From the NCBI GenBank assembly GCA_964424745.1, contig CAYRJV010000001.1, positions 33,223-72,426 of the forward strand: 39,204 nucleotides of DNA, read 5' to 3'. Below are positions 10,101 through 18,256 of the stretch, piece by piece. The DNA comes from an uncultured Candidatus Saccharibacteria bacterium (lineage in GTDB: Bacteria; Patescibacteriota; Minisyncoccia; Minisyncoccales; GWA2-46-15). The notes beneath the pieces were generated by a model. The model made no database searches and was not told the origin of the DNA. It was given only the letters and a program-made list of their open reading frames with translations. The position numbers and the translations under genes were made by a program. Numbering within the stretch: position 1 is the stretch's first letter; each line of letters begins with the position of its first letter.

Positions 10101-10520
10101 ATGGCCATTCTTCTACCAAAAAAGGTAAAACATCGAAAATGGCATAAAGGAGCTGGGGTCGGTCACGGAATTGATAATAAGGCGACAAAGTTAAGCTTTG
10201 GTAGCTATGGATTGAAAAGTTTTGGGACCAGTCGGATAAGCTCGCGGCAACTAGAAGCCGCCCGCCGGATAATTCTTCGATATCTTAAAAAGGGAGGCAA
10301 GTTATGGATTAGGATTTTTCCGCAAAAACCAATAACCACCAAAGGAGTTGAGACTTCGATGGGTGGAGGCAAGGGTGGGGTGGATCACTATGTTTTTCCG
10401 ATAAGACCCGGCCGAATTATATTCGAATTGGATGGAATAGAAGAAACAGAGGCAAGAGAAGCCTTGGCGAAGGCCGCTGATAAATTATCCGTCAAAACGA
10501 AGTTTATCGCCAAGCGTTAA
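10101..10520 (+). CDS. rplP: 50S ribosomal protein L16
   Basis: LPKKVKHRK, SRQLEAARR, KLWIRIFP.KP.T.K..E..MG.GKG. Confidence 0.95.
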   Translation: MAILLPKKVKHRKWHKGAGVGHGIDNKATKLSFGSYGLKSFGTSRISSRQLEAARRIILRYLKKGGKLWIRIFPQKPITTKGVETSMGGGKGGVDHYVFPIRPGRIIFELDGIEETEAREALAKAADKLSVKTKFIAKR

Positions 10521-10621
10521 GACTCTGTCTGTAGCCAAAAGCGTTAAAACGTAGTTTATAGCCGGGCGTCAAATGAAATTTAGAGAAATATTAAAACTAA
10601 CATAAAGGAGGAATTACAAAA

Positions 10622-10819
10622 ATGAAGACGATGGAATTACGACAGAAATCAAAACAGGAGCTTCAGCAACTGCTTAAAGAAAACCGAGAGAAAGTCAGAC
10701 AATTTCGTTTTGACTTGATTAGCGGTAAGGTGAAAAACATTAGATTAATCCGGAGCATTAAAAAAGATATTGCCAGAATTATGACGATAATGGAAGAAGA
10801 AAAAACTTTAAAACAATGA
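10622..10819 (+). CDS. rpmC: 50S ribosomal protein L29
   Basis: 65-aa helical protein (ELRQKS..EL...L.E......FRF), position between rplP and rpsQ; one of the few genes here with a clear SD (aaaggagg at 10604-10611). Confidence 0.87.
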   Translation: MKTMELRQKSKQELQQLLKENREKVRQFRFDLISGKVKNIRLIRSIKKDIARIMTIMEEEKTLKQ

Positions 10820-11061
10820 CTAAAAAAAGATTAACAGGAATAGTTGTTTCTGATAAGATGCAAAAGACATTGGTTGTTCAGGTTGAGCAAATAAAAGAAC
10901 AACCGAAATACAAAAAACAATATCGCTTTCATCGAAAGCATAAAGCGCATTATGAGAAAGGAGAATACAAAATTGGCGATCGCGTGACGATTGAGGAATG
11001 CCGTCCCATCAGTAAAGATAAAAAGTGGAAAGTCATTACCAAGCCAACAGCCAATAGTTGA
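10816..11061 (+). CDS. rpsQ: 30S ribosomal protein S17
   Basis: L.G.VVSDKM.KT.VV.VE......KY.K......K..AH...........GD.V.I.E.RP.SK.K.W; ATGA overlap with rpmC. Confidence 0.92.
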   Translation: MTKKRLTGIVVSDKMQKTLVVQVEQIKEQPKYKKQYRFHRKHKAHYEKGEYKIGDRVTIEECRPISKDKKWKVITKPTANS

Positions 11062-11112
11062 TAGCTGATATTGATAACTACTATTGGCTAATCCCTAATG
11101 GCGATTGGCTAA
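11048..11112. repeat. ccaatag/attggct word block with a 9-bp inverted repeat (gccaatagt 11050-11058 / actattggc 11080-11088); spans the rpsQ stop codon
   Basis: Read directly; same word family as 11489-11516, 5718-5730 and the arms of the 21511-21559 hairpin. Confidence 0.85.
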
Positions 11113-11118
11113 ACAAAG

Positions 11119-11490
11119 ATGATTCAAGCGAGAACAATGTTAAAGGTAGCTGATAATACTGGAGCAAAAAGTATCCAGTGTTTTCGGGTTTTAGGCGGGA
11201 GTGGCAGACGTTATTCCCAGATTGGCGACGTGATTGTTGGCGTTGTCAAAGAAGCAGAACCGCGAAGGGTAGTTAAGCGGCACGAGGTAGTGAGGGCGGT
11301 AATTATTCGACAAAAAAGAGCTTATCGGAGAAAAGATGGTTCTTATATCCGCTTCGATGAAAATGCGGTCGTGATTCTTGACGGCAAGACAAAAGAGATG
11401 AAAGGGGGAAGGGTTTTTGGGCCGGTGCCAAAAGAGATAAAGGAGAAAGGTTTTGAGAAAATTGCTACCTTAGCCGAAGAAGTTTTATAG
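11119..11490 (+). CDS. rplN: 50S ribosomal protein L14
   Basis: MIQ..T.L.VADN.GAK...C..VLGGS.RRY...GD.IV..VK; 123 aa. Confidence 0.96.
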   Translation: MIQARTMLKVADNTGAKSIQCFRVLGGSGRRYSQIGDVIVGVVKEAEPRRVVKRHEVVRAVIIRQKRAYRRKDGSYIRFDENAVVILDGKTKEMKGGRVFGPVPKEIKEKGFEKIATLAEEVL

Positions 11491-11516
11491 CCATTAGCCA
11501 TCAGCCAATAGCCAAT
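11489..11516. repeat. Heptamer tandem array agccatt-agccatc-agccaat-agccaat (4 units) beginning inside the rplN stop codon
   Basis: Exact 7-nt register 11489-11516; the TAG stop 11488-11490 overlaps unit 1. Confidence 0.9.
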
Positions 11517-11522
11517 AGAAAT

Positions 11523-11828
11523 ATGAAAATAAAGAAGGGTGATACAGTTTTAATACGATCGGGTAAAGACAGAGGAAAAAAAGGAAAGGTCCTTGGGGTT
11601 TTTCCCAGGGAAGAACGGATTTTAGTCGAGGGGATAAATTTGAGAAAAAAGCATGTTAAACCAAAAAAGGAAGAAGAAAAAGGACAGGTTGTAGAAGTAC
11701 CGGCACCGGTAGGGATTTCGACCGTAAAACTCATCTGCCCAAAATGCGGAAAAGCAGCGCGAATCAGATATCAAATTATGGGTAATAAAAAGTACCGTGT
11801 TTGTAAGAAATGCAATCAGGAAATATAG
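11523..11828 (+). CDS. rplX: 50S ribosomal protein L24 (Cys4 C-terminal form)
   Basis: KOW motif (IKKGDTV.I.SGKDRGK.G.V), C-terminal CPKC...CKKC. Confidence 0.9.
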   Translation: MKIKKGDTVLIRSGKDRGKKGKVLGVFPREERILVEGINLRKKHVKPKKEEEKGQVVEVPAPVGISTVKLICPKCGKAARIRYQIMGNKKYRVCKKCNQEI

Positions 11829-11852
11829 ACTTTTGAATAATGAATTGCGAAA

Positions 11853-12413
11853 ATGATAACTAGACTACAGGAAAAATATAAAAAGGAGGTGATTCCGGCA
11901 ATGATGGAAAAGTTCGGTTACCAGAGCGTTATGGCCGTGCCCAAGATTGAAAAGGTCGTCCTCAATACCGGATTCGGCCGGTTGGTGACCGGTAAAAGTG
12001 CCGACGAGCAAAAAAAGATTTACGAAGAAATGGTCAATGATTTAGCTTTGATTGCCGGGCAAAAACCGTTAGTAACACGGGCAAAGAAATCAATTGCCAG
12101 TTTTAAGCTTCGGCAGGGGATGCCGATCGGTGCCTGTGTGACACTGAGGCGTCAAAAAATGAATGATTTTTTAGAAAGATTAATTCATATTGCCTTGCCA
12201 AGATCCCGGGATTTTAGAGGAATTGATCAAAAGTCATTTGATAAAAAAGGAAATTTAACCATTAGTATAAAAGAGAATATTGCTTTTCCGGAAATTCTGA
12301 CGGAAAAAGTAAAAAGTATTTTTGGTTTGGAAATTACCGTAGTCACCACGGCAAAGAAACGAGAAGAGGGGATAGAATTATTAAAATTATTAGGATTTCC
12401 GAAAAAAACATAA
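11853..12413 (+). CDS. rplE: 50S ribosomal protein L5
   Basis: L...Y......P.L...F.Y.S.M.VPK.EKVV.N.G, RD FRG, FGLEITVVTTA. Confidence 0.95.
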   Translation: MITRLQEKYKKEVIPAMMEKFGYQSVMAVPKIEKVVLNTGFGRLVTGKSADEQKKIYEEMVNDLALIAGQKPLVTRAKKSIASFKLRQGMPIGACVTLRRQKMNDFLERLIHIALPRSRDFRGIDQKSFDKKGNLTISIKENIAFPEILTEKVKSIFGLEITVVTTAKKREEGIELLKLLGFPKKT

Positions 12414-12415
12414 AT

Positions 12416-12486
12416 CATGGAACTTGAAGCTTGAAACATAAAACACAGATAAGGAATACGAGGCGTTAATGCTACAAGTTTCAAGG
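12416..12486. repeat. Heptamer array catggaa-cttgaag-cttgaaa-cataaaa-cacagat, plus an inverted word gtttcaag at 12478-12485
   Basis: 7-nt register starts 2 nt after the rplE stop; cttgaaac 12430-12437 is complementary to gtttcaag 12478-12485. Confidence 0.85.
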
Positions 12487-12497
12487 ATTGAGATTAT

Positions 12498-12683
12498 ATG
12501 GCGACCGAAGCACAAAAAGCTAAAGCCAGAAAGAAGCCGAAATTTTCTACCCGTTTAGTCCACCGGTGTTTCCGCTGTGGCCGCAAGAGGGGTTATATGA
12601 GAGCTTTTGGCGTATGTCGGATCTGTTTTCGCGAAATGGCAAATAAAGGGGAAATACCGGGAGTAAAAAAGAGCAGCTGGTAG
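12498..12683 (+). CDS. rpsN: 30S ribosomal protein S14, short zinc-binding (type Z) form
   Basis: 61 aa, CxxC...CxxC (CFRCGR...CRIC), ...GVKKSSW C-terminus. Confidence 0.93.
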   Translation: MATEAQKAKARKKPKFSTRLVHRCFRCGRKRGYMRAFGVCRICFREMANKGEIPGVKKSSW

Positions 12684-12690
12684 AAATATA

Positions 12691-12725
12691 ACTACAAACT
12701 ACAAACTATAAACTAAAAACTAACC
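12691..12725. repeat. Heptamer tandem array actacaa-actacaa-actataa-actaaaa-actaacc (5 units)
   Basis: Exact 7-nt register; same unit as 27134-27147. Confidence 0.9.
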
Positions 12726-12726
12726 A

Positions 12727-13113
12727 ATGGATCCTATTAGTGATTTACTAAATCGAATAAGAAACGGTCAAGCTGTTCTGAAGCCAACAGTTGAGGTTCC
12801 TTTTTCCAGCCTTAAATCTGAAATTTGTCAGATTTTAGAAAAAGAGGGATTTATTGAAAAAGTAGAGAAAAAAGGGAAAAAGATGAAGAAGTCAATTGAG
12901 ATTACGCTCAAATATGATGGCAAAACCCCCGCCATTACTGGGCTTAAGAAAATTTCCAAACCTGGCCAGAGAATTTATTATAAAGCAAAAAAAGTAAGGC
13001 CAACACGAGGAAAATATAGAATGGCGATAATTTCAACATCTAAAGGTTTGATGACTGATAAAGAAGCAAGGAAACAGAGATTGGGAGGAGAGATGCTTTT
13101 TGAGATTTGGTAA
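12727..13113 (+). CDS. rpsH: 30S ribosomal protein S8
   Basis: DPISD.L.RIRN......V..P.S.LK..I..IL..EGFI; ...ST.KG.MTD.EAR....GGE.L..IW. Confidence 0.94.
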   Translation: MDPISDLLNRIRNGQAVLKPTVEVPFSSLKSEICQILEKEGFIEKVEKKGKKMKKSIEITLKYDGKTPAITGLKKISKPGQRIYYKAKKVRPTRGKYRMAIISTSKGLMTDKEARKQRLGGEMLFEIW

Positions 13114-13137
13114 ATTTAATTTTTGATTTTTAACCCA

Positions 13138-13174
13138 TTCGGCTCTGCTCAGGGTTAATCCTGAGCTCGTCGAA
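13138..13174. repeat. Interrupted hairpin ttcggctctgctcagg-gttaat-cctgagctcgtcgaa (ttcg...gtcgaag family)
   Basis: gctcagg/cctgagc 7-bp inner stem and ttcg/cgaa outer pairs; cattcggct and gctcag words shared with 36546-36567. Confidence 0.7.
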
Positions 13175-13198
13175 GGATTAATATTTAATTTAACTACC

Positions 13199-13753
13199 GT
13201 GTCTCGAATAGGAAAAAAGCCAATATTAATACCGGAGAAAGTCGAAGTAGAGGTTGAAGACAACCAGGTTATTGTTAAGGGACCGAGCGGTTTTCTTTCT
13301 TGCGTGGTTAGGCCGGAAATTAAAATTGAAGTTAAAGAAGGAAAAATTTTTGCTTCCCCTCGACTAGAGACAAAACAAACCAAAGCTCTTTGGGGTTTAA
13401 CGCGGGCACTGATTGCCAATATGATCAAAGGAGTAATTAGTGAATACAAAAAACAACTACAGATCGAAGGGATTGGCTATAAGGCAGTTCTGGAGGGCAA
13501 TGACTTAGTCTTAAATGTGGGCTACACTCATCCCGTAAAAGTTACTGCCCCAGCCGGGATAAAATTTGTGGTGGAAAAGAACATTATCATTATTTCTGGG
13601 ACTGATAAGCAGTTGGTTTCAGCGACAGCGGCAAAGATAAAGAAAATAAAACCGCCAGAACCATATAAAGGAAAAGGAATCAGATATGTCGGCGAAATCG
13701 TGAAAAAGAAGATTGGTAAAAAAGCAGTGGCCGTGGCAGCTGGGGGAAAGTAA
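13199..13753 (+). CDS. rplF: 50S ribosomal protein L6 (GTG start)
   Basis: MSRIGKKPI.IP..V.V......V.VKGP.G; GIGY.A...G..L.L.VGY.HPV; KPPEPYKGKGIRY. Confidence 0.94.
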   Translation: MSRIGKKPILIPEKVEVEVEDNQVIVKGPSGFLSCVVRPEIKIEVKEGKIFASPRLETKQTKALWGLTRALIANMIKGVISEYKKQLQIEGIGYKAVLEGNDLVLNVGYTHPVKVTAPAGIKFVVEKNIIIISGTDKQLVSATAAKIKKIKPPEPYKGKGIRYVGEIVKKKIGKKAVAVAAGGK

Positions 13754-13814
13754 ATAACGCTTCAGCGATCCTAACTTCACCAAGTATTTCGCGAAGGTTG
13801 ATAAAGAATCCACT

Positions 13815-14210
13815 ATGAATAGAAAAAATTTTAAAAAATTGGCAAAAAAGAAGAAAAGACAAAGACGGCATCTCCGTGTTACGGCCAAGATTTTTGGAAC
13901 AAGCCGTAAACCGCGTTTTTGTGTTTTTCGGTCGGCAAAACATATTTACGGCCAACTGGTTGATGATGAAAAAGGAAAAACAATGATTTCTTTAAGCGAT
14001 CAAGAGATCCGAAAACCAATCAAGAACGCCAAAACTAAAACAAAAGAAGCCGGAAAAATAGCGGTTGCCTATGAGGTGGGTAAGTCAATTGCCGAGAAAG
14101 CGTTGAAGGAAAAGATTGAGAGTGTTATCTTTGATCGAGGTGGTTATAAATATCACGGCAGAGTTAAGGCAGTCGCGGAGGGGGCTCGTGAAGGGGGACT
14201 GAAGTTCTAA
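13815..14210 (+). CDS. rplR: 50S ribosomal protein L18
   Basis: RR..RVR.KI.G...KPR..VFRS.KHIY.Q..DD..G.T; FDRGGY.YHGRVKA.AEGAREGGL.F. Confidence 0.92.
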   Translation: MNRKNFKKLAKKKKRQRRHLRVTAKIFGTSRKPRFCVFRSAKHIYGQLVDDEKGKTMISLSDQEIRKPIKNAKTKTKEAGKIAVAYEVGKSIAEKALKEKIESVIFDRGGYKYHGRVKAVAEGAREGGLKF

Positions 14211-14215
14211 TATTA

Positions 14216-14250
14216 ACCTTAAACTATAGACTCTAGACCTTAAACTATTA
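14216..14250. repeat. Heptamer-register block accttaa-actatag-actctag-accttaa-actatta; the 12-mer accttaaactat is repeated 21 nt apart
   Basis: Direct repeat 14216-14227 / 14237-14248; the register continues up to the rpsE ATG at 14257. Confidence 0.8.
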
Positions 14251-14256
14251 AGATAG

Positions 14257-14940
14257 ATGATAGATAATAATATGGCAGAAGAAAAAGACGAAAATAAGTT
14301 AAGTCCAGAACCAACCGGAACCAAGGTCGTGTCGGAAGCTGTTTTAGAGGAAGAGGAAGAAAAAAGCTCAAAACCCAGTATAGTAGCCAAGTCAGTTCCT
14401 TCACGTCAGGGAATAGCTTTTCGCCCTAAATTCGGAGCGCCTTTCCGGTCAGCGACTTTGGAATCAGGAGAATTTGAATCAAGACTGCTTGACCTAGCTC
14501 GAGTTGTCCGGGTTTCTGCTGGCGGTAAGCGTTTGCGTTTTCGCGCCGTCGTTGTCATCGGCAACAAAATGGGGAAGGTTGGCGTTGGTGTCGGCAAAGG
14601 ATTAGATGTCGCCCAGGCAGTGGAAAAAGCGACGAGAATGGCAAAGAAGAACATCCTTAATATTCCGACTGTCGAAGGGACAATACCATATCCAGTAATG
14701 GCAAAGTTTGGCGCCGCCCAAATATTATTAAAACCTCAAAGAAAAGGAAAAGGCTTGGTAGCTGGTGGTACAGTGAGAATTGTTTGTAGTTTAGCGGGGA
14801 TTAAAGATATTTCTTCAAAAATGTTGGGGAGGACCAGTAATAAACTTAATAACGCCATGGCCACGATTGCGGCCTTAAAAAAACTAAAAATAGAAATACC
14901 AGAAAAACATGCAACTGAACCAATTAAAACCGGCACATAA
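14257..14940 (+). CDS. rpsE: 30S ribosomal protein S5 with an acidic N-terminal extension of about 60 aa (alternative ATG at 14272)
   Basis: RV.RV..GGKR.RF.A.VV.GN..G.VG.G.GK...V..A..KA; GTG.VAGG..R....AGI.D. Confidence 0.9.
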   Translation: MIDNNMAEEKDENKLSPEPTGTKVVSEAVLEEEEEKSSKPSIVAKSVPSRQGIAFRPKFGAPFRSATLESGEFESRLLDLARVVRVSAGGKRLRFRAVVVIGNKMGKVGVGVGKGLDVAQAVEKATRMAKKNILNIPTVEGTIPYPVMAKFGAAQILLKPQRKGKGLVAGGTVRIVCSLAGIKDISSKMLGRTSNKLNNAMATIAALKKLKIEIPEKHATEPIKTGT

Positions 14941-15172
14941 GCCGAAGACGAGAAAACGCGTTGGCCGTGGTGGAGGTCATGGAACATATTCTGGCAAGGG
15001 TCAAAAGGGGCAAAAAGCAAGGGCGGGAACAAAATTCCAGCCCGCCATTAGGTATTTAATAAAGAGATACCCCAAACTGAGAGGATACCGATATCAAAAA
15101 CTGATAGGTAAAACGGTTAAGAAAAGTAAGCCAAAGTCCCTGGAAAAAGATTCAGATAAAAAATCCAAATGA
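14909..15172 (+). CDS. rplO: 50S ribosomal protein L15, N-terminal part only (87 aa; C-terminal globular region absent)
   Basis: L..LKP.....K.RKRVGRG.G.G.G...G.G.KGQK.R.G and LPKLRGY resemble the L15 N-terminal half. The ORF ends in a Lys/Ser-rich tail at a TGA that belongs to the first caaatga repeat word. 32-nt overlap with rpsE. Confidence 0.75.
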   Translation: MQLNQLKPAHKPKTRKRVGRGGGHGTYSGKGQKGQKARAGTKFQPAIRYLIKRYPKLRGYRYQKLIGKTVKKSKPKSLEKDSDKKSK

Positions 15173-15302
15173 CAAAATTCAAATGTCCAATAAAATGTCA
15201 AATGTCTAATGACAAATGCCAAATGAATTACAAATGTCTAATACCAAATGACCGCGTTCGTTTTAGTCGTTATTTGACATTTGGTATTTGGAATTTGACA
15301 TT
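15166..15302. repeat. Large imperfect palindromic block of caaatg[ac]c words (left arm) and g[at]catttg words (right arm)
   Basis: aaatg words spaced mostly 7 or 14 nt apart; 11-bp stem aataccaaatg 15240-15250 / catttggtatt 15278-15288; related block at 35432-35542. Confidence 0.9.
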
Positions 15303-15310
15303 CTAAAGCT

Positions 15311-16588
15311 ATGTGGTACCAGAAAATCATTCAAATTTTTAAAATAAAGGATTTACGGAATAAAATCCTCTTTGTTTTAGCGGTTTTCGCCGTTTTTCGG
15401 ATAATGGCCAATATCCCTATGCCCGGCATTGATGCCGTGGAAATGAAAAAGTTCTTTGCCAACTTCCAGCTTTTTGGTTTAATCAGTGTTTTTACCGGCG
15501 GTGCGTTGGATAAACTTTCAATTATTATGCTTGGGCTTGGACCATACATTACGGCAACGATTATTCTCCAATTGTTAACGATGATTTTTCCGCAATTGGA
15601 ACAAATGTACAAAGAGGAAGGCGAAGCCGGACGGGAAAAGTTCAATCAATATGGTCGGCTTTTGGCCGTCCCCCTAGCTTTACTCCAGGGCTATGCCATG
15701 CTGTCGCTTTTTCAACGTCAGAAGGTGATTGGCAAACTTAGTCCTTTGTTATTCTTTACCTCAATTATGACCATCACGGCCGGGACAATGCTTTTGATGT
15801 GGCTGGGCGAGTTGCTTTCGGAAAAGGGGATTGGCAATGGTGTTTCTCTTCTGATTTTCGCTGGAATTATTGCTGATTTTCCGACCAATATCCGTCAGAT
15901 AATCGTTAATTGGGATCCTAGCCAGCTCCTCAATTATTTGCTGTTTTTTGCGATGTCTTTAATTGTCATTGCCGGAGTGGTCTTGATTAATGAAGCTCGC
16001 CGAAATATTCCGGTTTCCTATGCCAAACGAGTTAGAGGCGGCCGGCTTTACGGCGGGGTCTCTACCTATCTGCCGATGAGCGTTAATCCCGCCGGAGTAA
16101 TCCCAATAATCTTCGCCTTATCAATTTTGTTATTTCCGGGGATGATTGCCAATTTTCTGGCTGGCAGCGGGGGGCTTATTGGCAATATCAGCCGGACGAT
16201 TGGCGAACTGTTGAAGAATCAATGGGTTTACGGTATCCTTTATTTCCTCCTGGTTTGCGTGTTTACCTATTTCTATACGGCCGTGACCTTTGATCCAAAA
16301 GATATTTCCGAAAACCTTCAAAAAATGGGCGGTTTTATCCCTGGCATCAGGCCAGGCAATTCAACCACGAGTTTCCTAAATTATATTTTAAACAGGATTC
16401 TTATTATTGGCGCATTATCCTTGGGGTTGATTGCCGTCATGCCTTCAATTGTCGGTGGCATAACCAAAGTAATGGCGTTTCGTTTCTTGGTGGGCGGCAC
16501 CTCCCTATTAATTGTGGTGAGCGTAGTTCTCGAGACCGCGAGGGATATCAATGCTCAACTTCAGATGAGAGAATATGAAAATTTTTAG
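15311..16588 (+). CDS. secY: Preprotein translocase subunit SecY
   Basis: About 10 TM segments, LGPYITA.II.QLL, GNG.SL.IF.GI, canonical position after rplO. Confidence 0.95.
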   Translation: MWYQKIIQIFKIKDLRNKILFVLAVFAVFRIMANIPMPGIDAVEMKKFFANFQLFGLISVFTGGALDKLSIIMLGLGPYITATIILQLLTMIFPQLEQMYKEEGEAGREKFNQYGRLLAVPLALLQGYAMLSLFQRQKVIGKLSPLLFFTSIMTITAGTMLLMWLGELLSEKGIGNGVSLLIFAGIIADFPTNIRQIIVNWDPSQLLNYLLFFAMSLIVIAGVVLINEARRNIPVSYAKRVRGGRLYGGVSTYLPMSVNPAGVIPIIFALSILLFPGMIANFLAGSGGLIGNISRTIGELLKNQWVYGILYFLLVCVFTYFYTAVTFDPKDISENLQKMGGFIPGIRPGNSTTSFLNYILNRILIIGALSLGLIAVMPSIVGGITKVMAFRFLVGGTSLLIVVSVVLETARDINAQLQMREYENF

Positions 16589-16589
16589 T

Positions 16590-16619
16590 CTTGAAACTTG
16601 AAACTTGAAACTTGAAACT
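16590..16619. repeat. Perfect heptamer tandem repeat (cttgaaa) x4 plus a partial unit
   Basis: cttgaaacttgaaacttgaaacttgaaact begins 1 nt after the secY stop. Confidence 0.95.
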
Positions 16620-16632
16620 AATACTCATTTAA

Positions 16633-17334
16633 ATGGTCAATAAAACAAAAGAAAAAAAGATTATGGAAAAGAAATCTTTGAATTTTGTTTTGATTGGCAG
16701 ATCGGGTTGCGGGAAGGGTACTCAGGTAAAACTTTTGATGGAGCATTTTAATAATCTTGTATCTATTTCTACTGGTGATTTATTTCGTGATCTAGCTCGG
16801 CGTAAGACCGCAGTTGGAAAGATAATCAAAAAAACAATAACCGAGGGAGGTTTGCCCTACGACGATTTAGCGATTACGCTCTGGATGCACGCGATTGCTT
16901 ATCGAGTAAAAGAAAATGAGGGTATTATCGCTGATGGCATGCCGAGACGGGTAAACGAAGCAAAGGCCCTCGATCGTTTCTTGGTATTTTTAGGTAGAGA
17001 AGATTCTTTTTTTCCAATCCTTCTTGATATTTCTCGCCAAGAGGCTTTTAATCGATTGACCAAAAGGCGGATTTGTCGAAAATGCGGGAATCTTATTCCT
17101 TGGATTGGTAAGTTTAAAAAATTAGTAGTTTGTAATAAGTGCGGTGGAGGATTAGTTTACCGGCCGGATGATAGACCGGAGGCAATTAAAAACCGATTAG
17201 ACTATTACGATAAAAGGGCAAGCAAGGTAGCCGATTATTATAAAAAGAAGAAAAAACTGATAAAGATTAACGGGGAACAGCCAATTGAAAAAGTTTTTGC
17301 CGATATCCTGAAGGAAGTTGAAAAAAAGATCTAG
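16633..17334 (+). CDS. adk: Adenylate kinase with a Cys4 zinc LID (alternative start ATG 16663)
   Basis: P-loop GRSGCGKGTQ, DGMPRR, LID CRKCG...CNKCGG..V.R.DD; position after secY. Confidence 0.9.
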   Translation: MVNKTKEKKIMEKKSLNFVLIGRSGCGKGTQVKLLMEHFNNLVSISTGDLFRDLARRKTAVGKIIKKTITEGGLPYDDLAITLWMHAIAYRVKENEGIIADGMPRRVNEAKALDRFLVFLGREDSFFPILLDISRQEAFNRLTKRRICRKCGNLIPWIGKFKKLVVCNKCGGGLVYRPDDRPEAIKNRLDYYDKRASKVADYYKKKKKLIKINGEQPIEKVFADILKEVEKKI

Positions 17335-17361
17335 ACGATAAAATTTTTTAGATAATAAGAC

Positions 17362-18123
17362 GTGAGTGTTTTAATTAAAACACCTCAAGAAATTGAAATC
17401 ATTGCTGAAGGTGGAAAGAGGCTGGCGGAGATAATGAAAGAGCTTAAAAAAGCGGCGCGGCCGGGGATGACCACTAAAGCATTAGACAGGCTGGCAGAGA
17501 ACCTGATTTTTAAACTTGGCGGCAAATGTTCTTTTAAAGGATATAAAAATGGTTCGGGTCAGCCATTTCCCGCCTGTCTTTGTTCTTCAATCAATAACGA
17601 GATTGTTCACGCCGTACCCTCGGAGAGAATAATCAAAGAAGGAGATCTTTTGTCTCTTGATCTCGGAATTTTTTACCAGGGATTTCATACTGACATGGCA
17701 GAAACTTTGGCAATCGGCAGAGCGAGTCCGTTGGCCGAAAAATTAATTATTGTTACCAGAGAAGCCTTACGAAGGGGAATTAAGGTAATAAAACCCGGCC
17801 GGCATTTTGGCGATATTGGCTTTACTATTCAGGAATATGTCGAATCGCAAGGATTTAATGTCATTCGTGAGCTTTGTGGTCATGGGATCGGCCGGCAACT
17901 CCACGAAGAACCGGAAATATTGAATTACGGAAGAAGAGAAGACGGTCCAGAACTTGTTAAAGGAATGGTTTTTTGCTTAGAGCCGATGTTGACTACTGGC
18001 AATTGGCGAATCAAAAAAGCAGAAAACGGATTCGCCTATGAAACAATGGATAATTCCTTATCTTGCCACTTTGAACACACGGTAGCGATCACGGAAAATG
18101 GCGTTAGAGTTCTGACCGCATGA
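17362..18123 (+). CDS. map: Methionine aminopeptidase type I (GTG start)
   Basis: VHA.P, DLG..Y.G.H.D...T, GHGIG...HE.P.I.NY, E.M...G, HFEHTV.IT. Confidence 0.95.
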   Translation: MSVLIKTPQEIEIIAEGGKRLAEIMKELKKAARPGMTTKALDRLAENLIFKLGGKCSFKGYKNGSGQPFPACLCSSINNEIVHAVPSERIIKEGDLLSLDLGIFYQGFHTDMAETLAIGRASPLAEKLIIVTREALRRGIKVIKPGRHFGDIGFTIQEYVESQGFNVIRELCGHGIGRQLHEEPEILNYGRREDGPELVKGMVFCLEPMLTTGNWRIKKAENGFAYETMDNSLSCHFEHTVAITENGVRVLTA

Positions 18124-18149
18124 ATAAAGAATAGAGAATAGAGAATAGA
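18122..18149. repeat. Heptamer tandem array gaataaa-gaataga-gaataga-gaataga beginning inside the map stop codon
   Basis: 7-nt register 18122-18149; the TGA stop 18121-18123 overlaps unit 1. Confidence 0.9.
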
Positions 18150-18214
18150 AAAAACATCCCCAAAGGCGCGGTTACTCATAATTCCTGATTCAATATTCTA
18201 AATTCAGACTTTTT

Positions 18215-18223
18215 TGATATAAT
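18215..18223 (+). promoter_or_regulatory. Candidate extended -10 promoter element TGATATAAT upstream of the glycosyltransferase gene
   Basis: tgatataat matches TGnTATAAT; 34 nt upstream of ATG 18257; a near-identical tgatatgat lies upstream of alaS (22033-22041). Confidence 0.3.
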
Positions 18224-18256
18224 ATAATAGAATATTGCTGATAATATTTTGCCTTT

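Noticed and set aside
16590-16619. Tandem repeats as CRISPR arrays
   Set aside because: The units are 7 nt and contiguous, with no unique spacers. There are no 25-40-nt repeats and no cas genes in the window.
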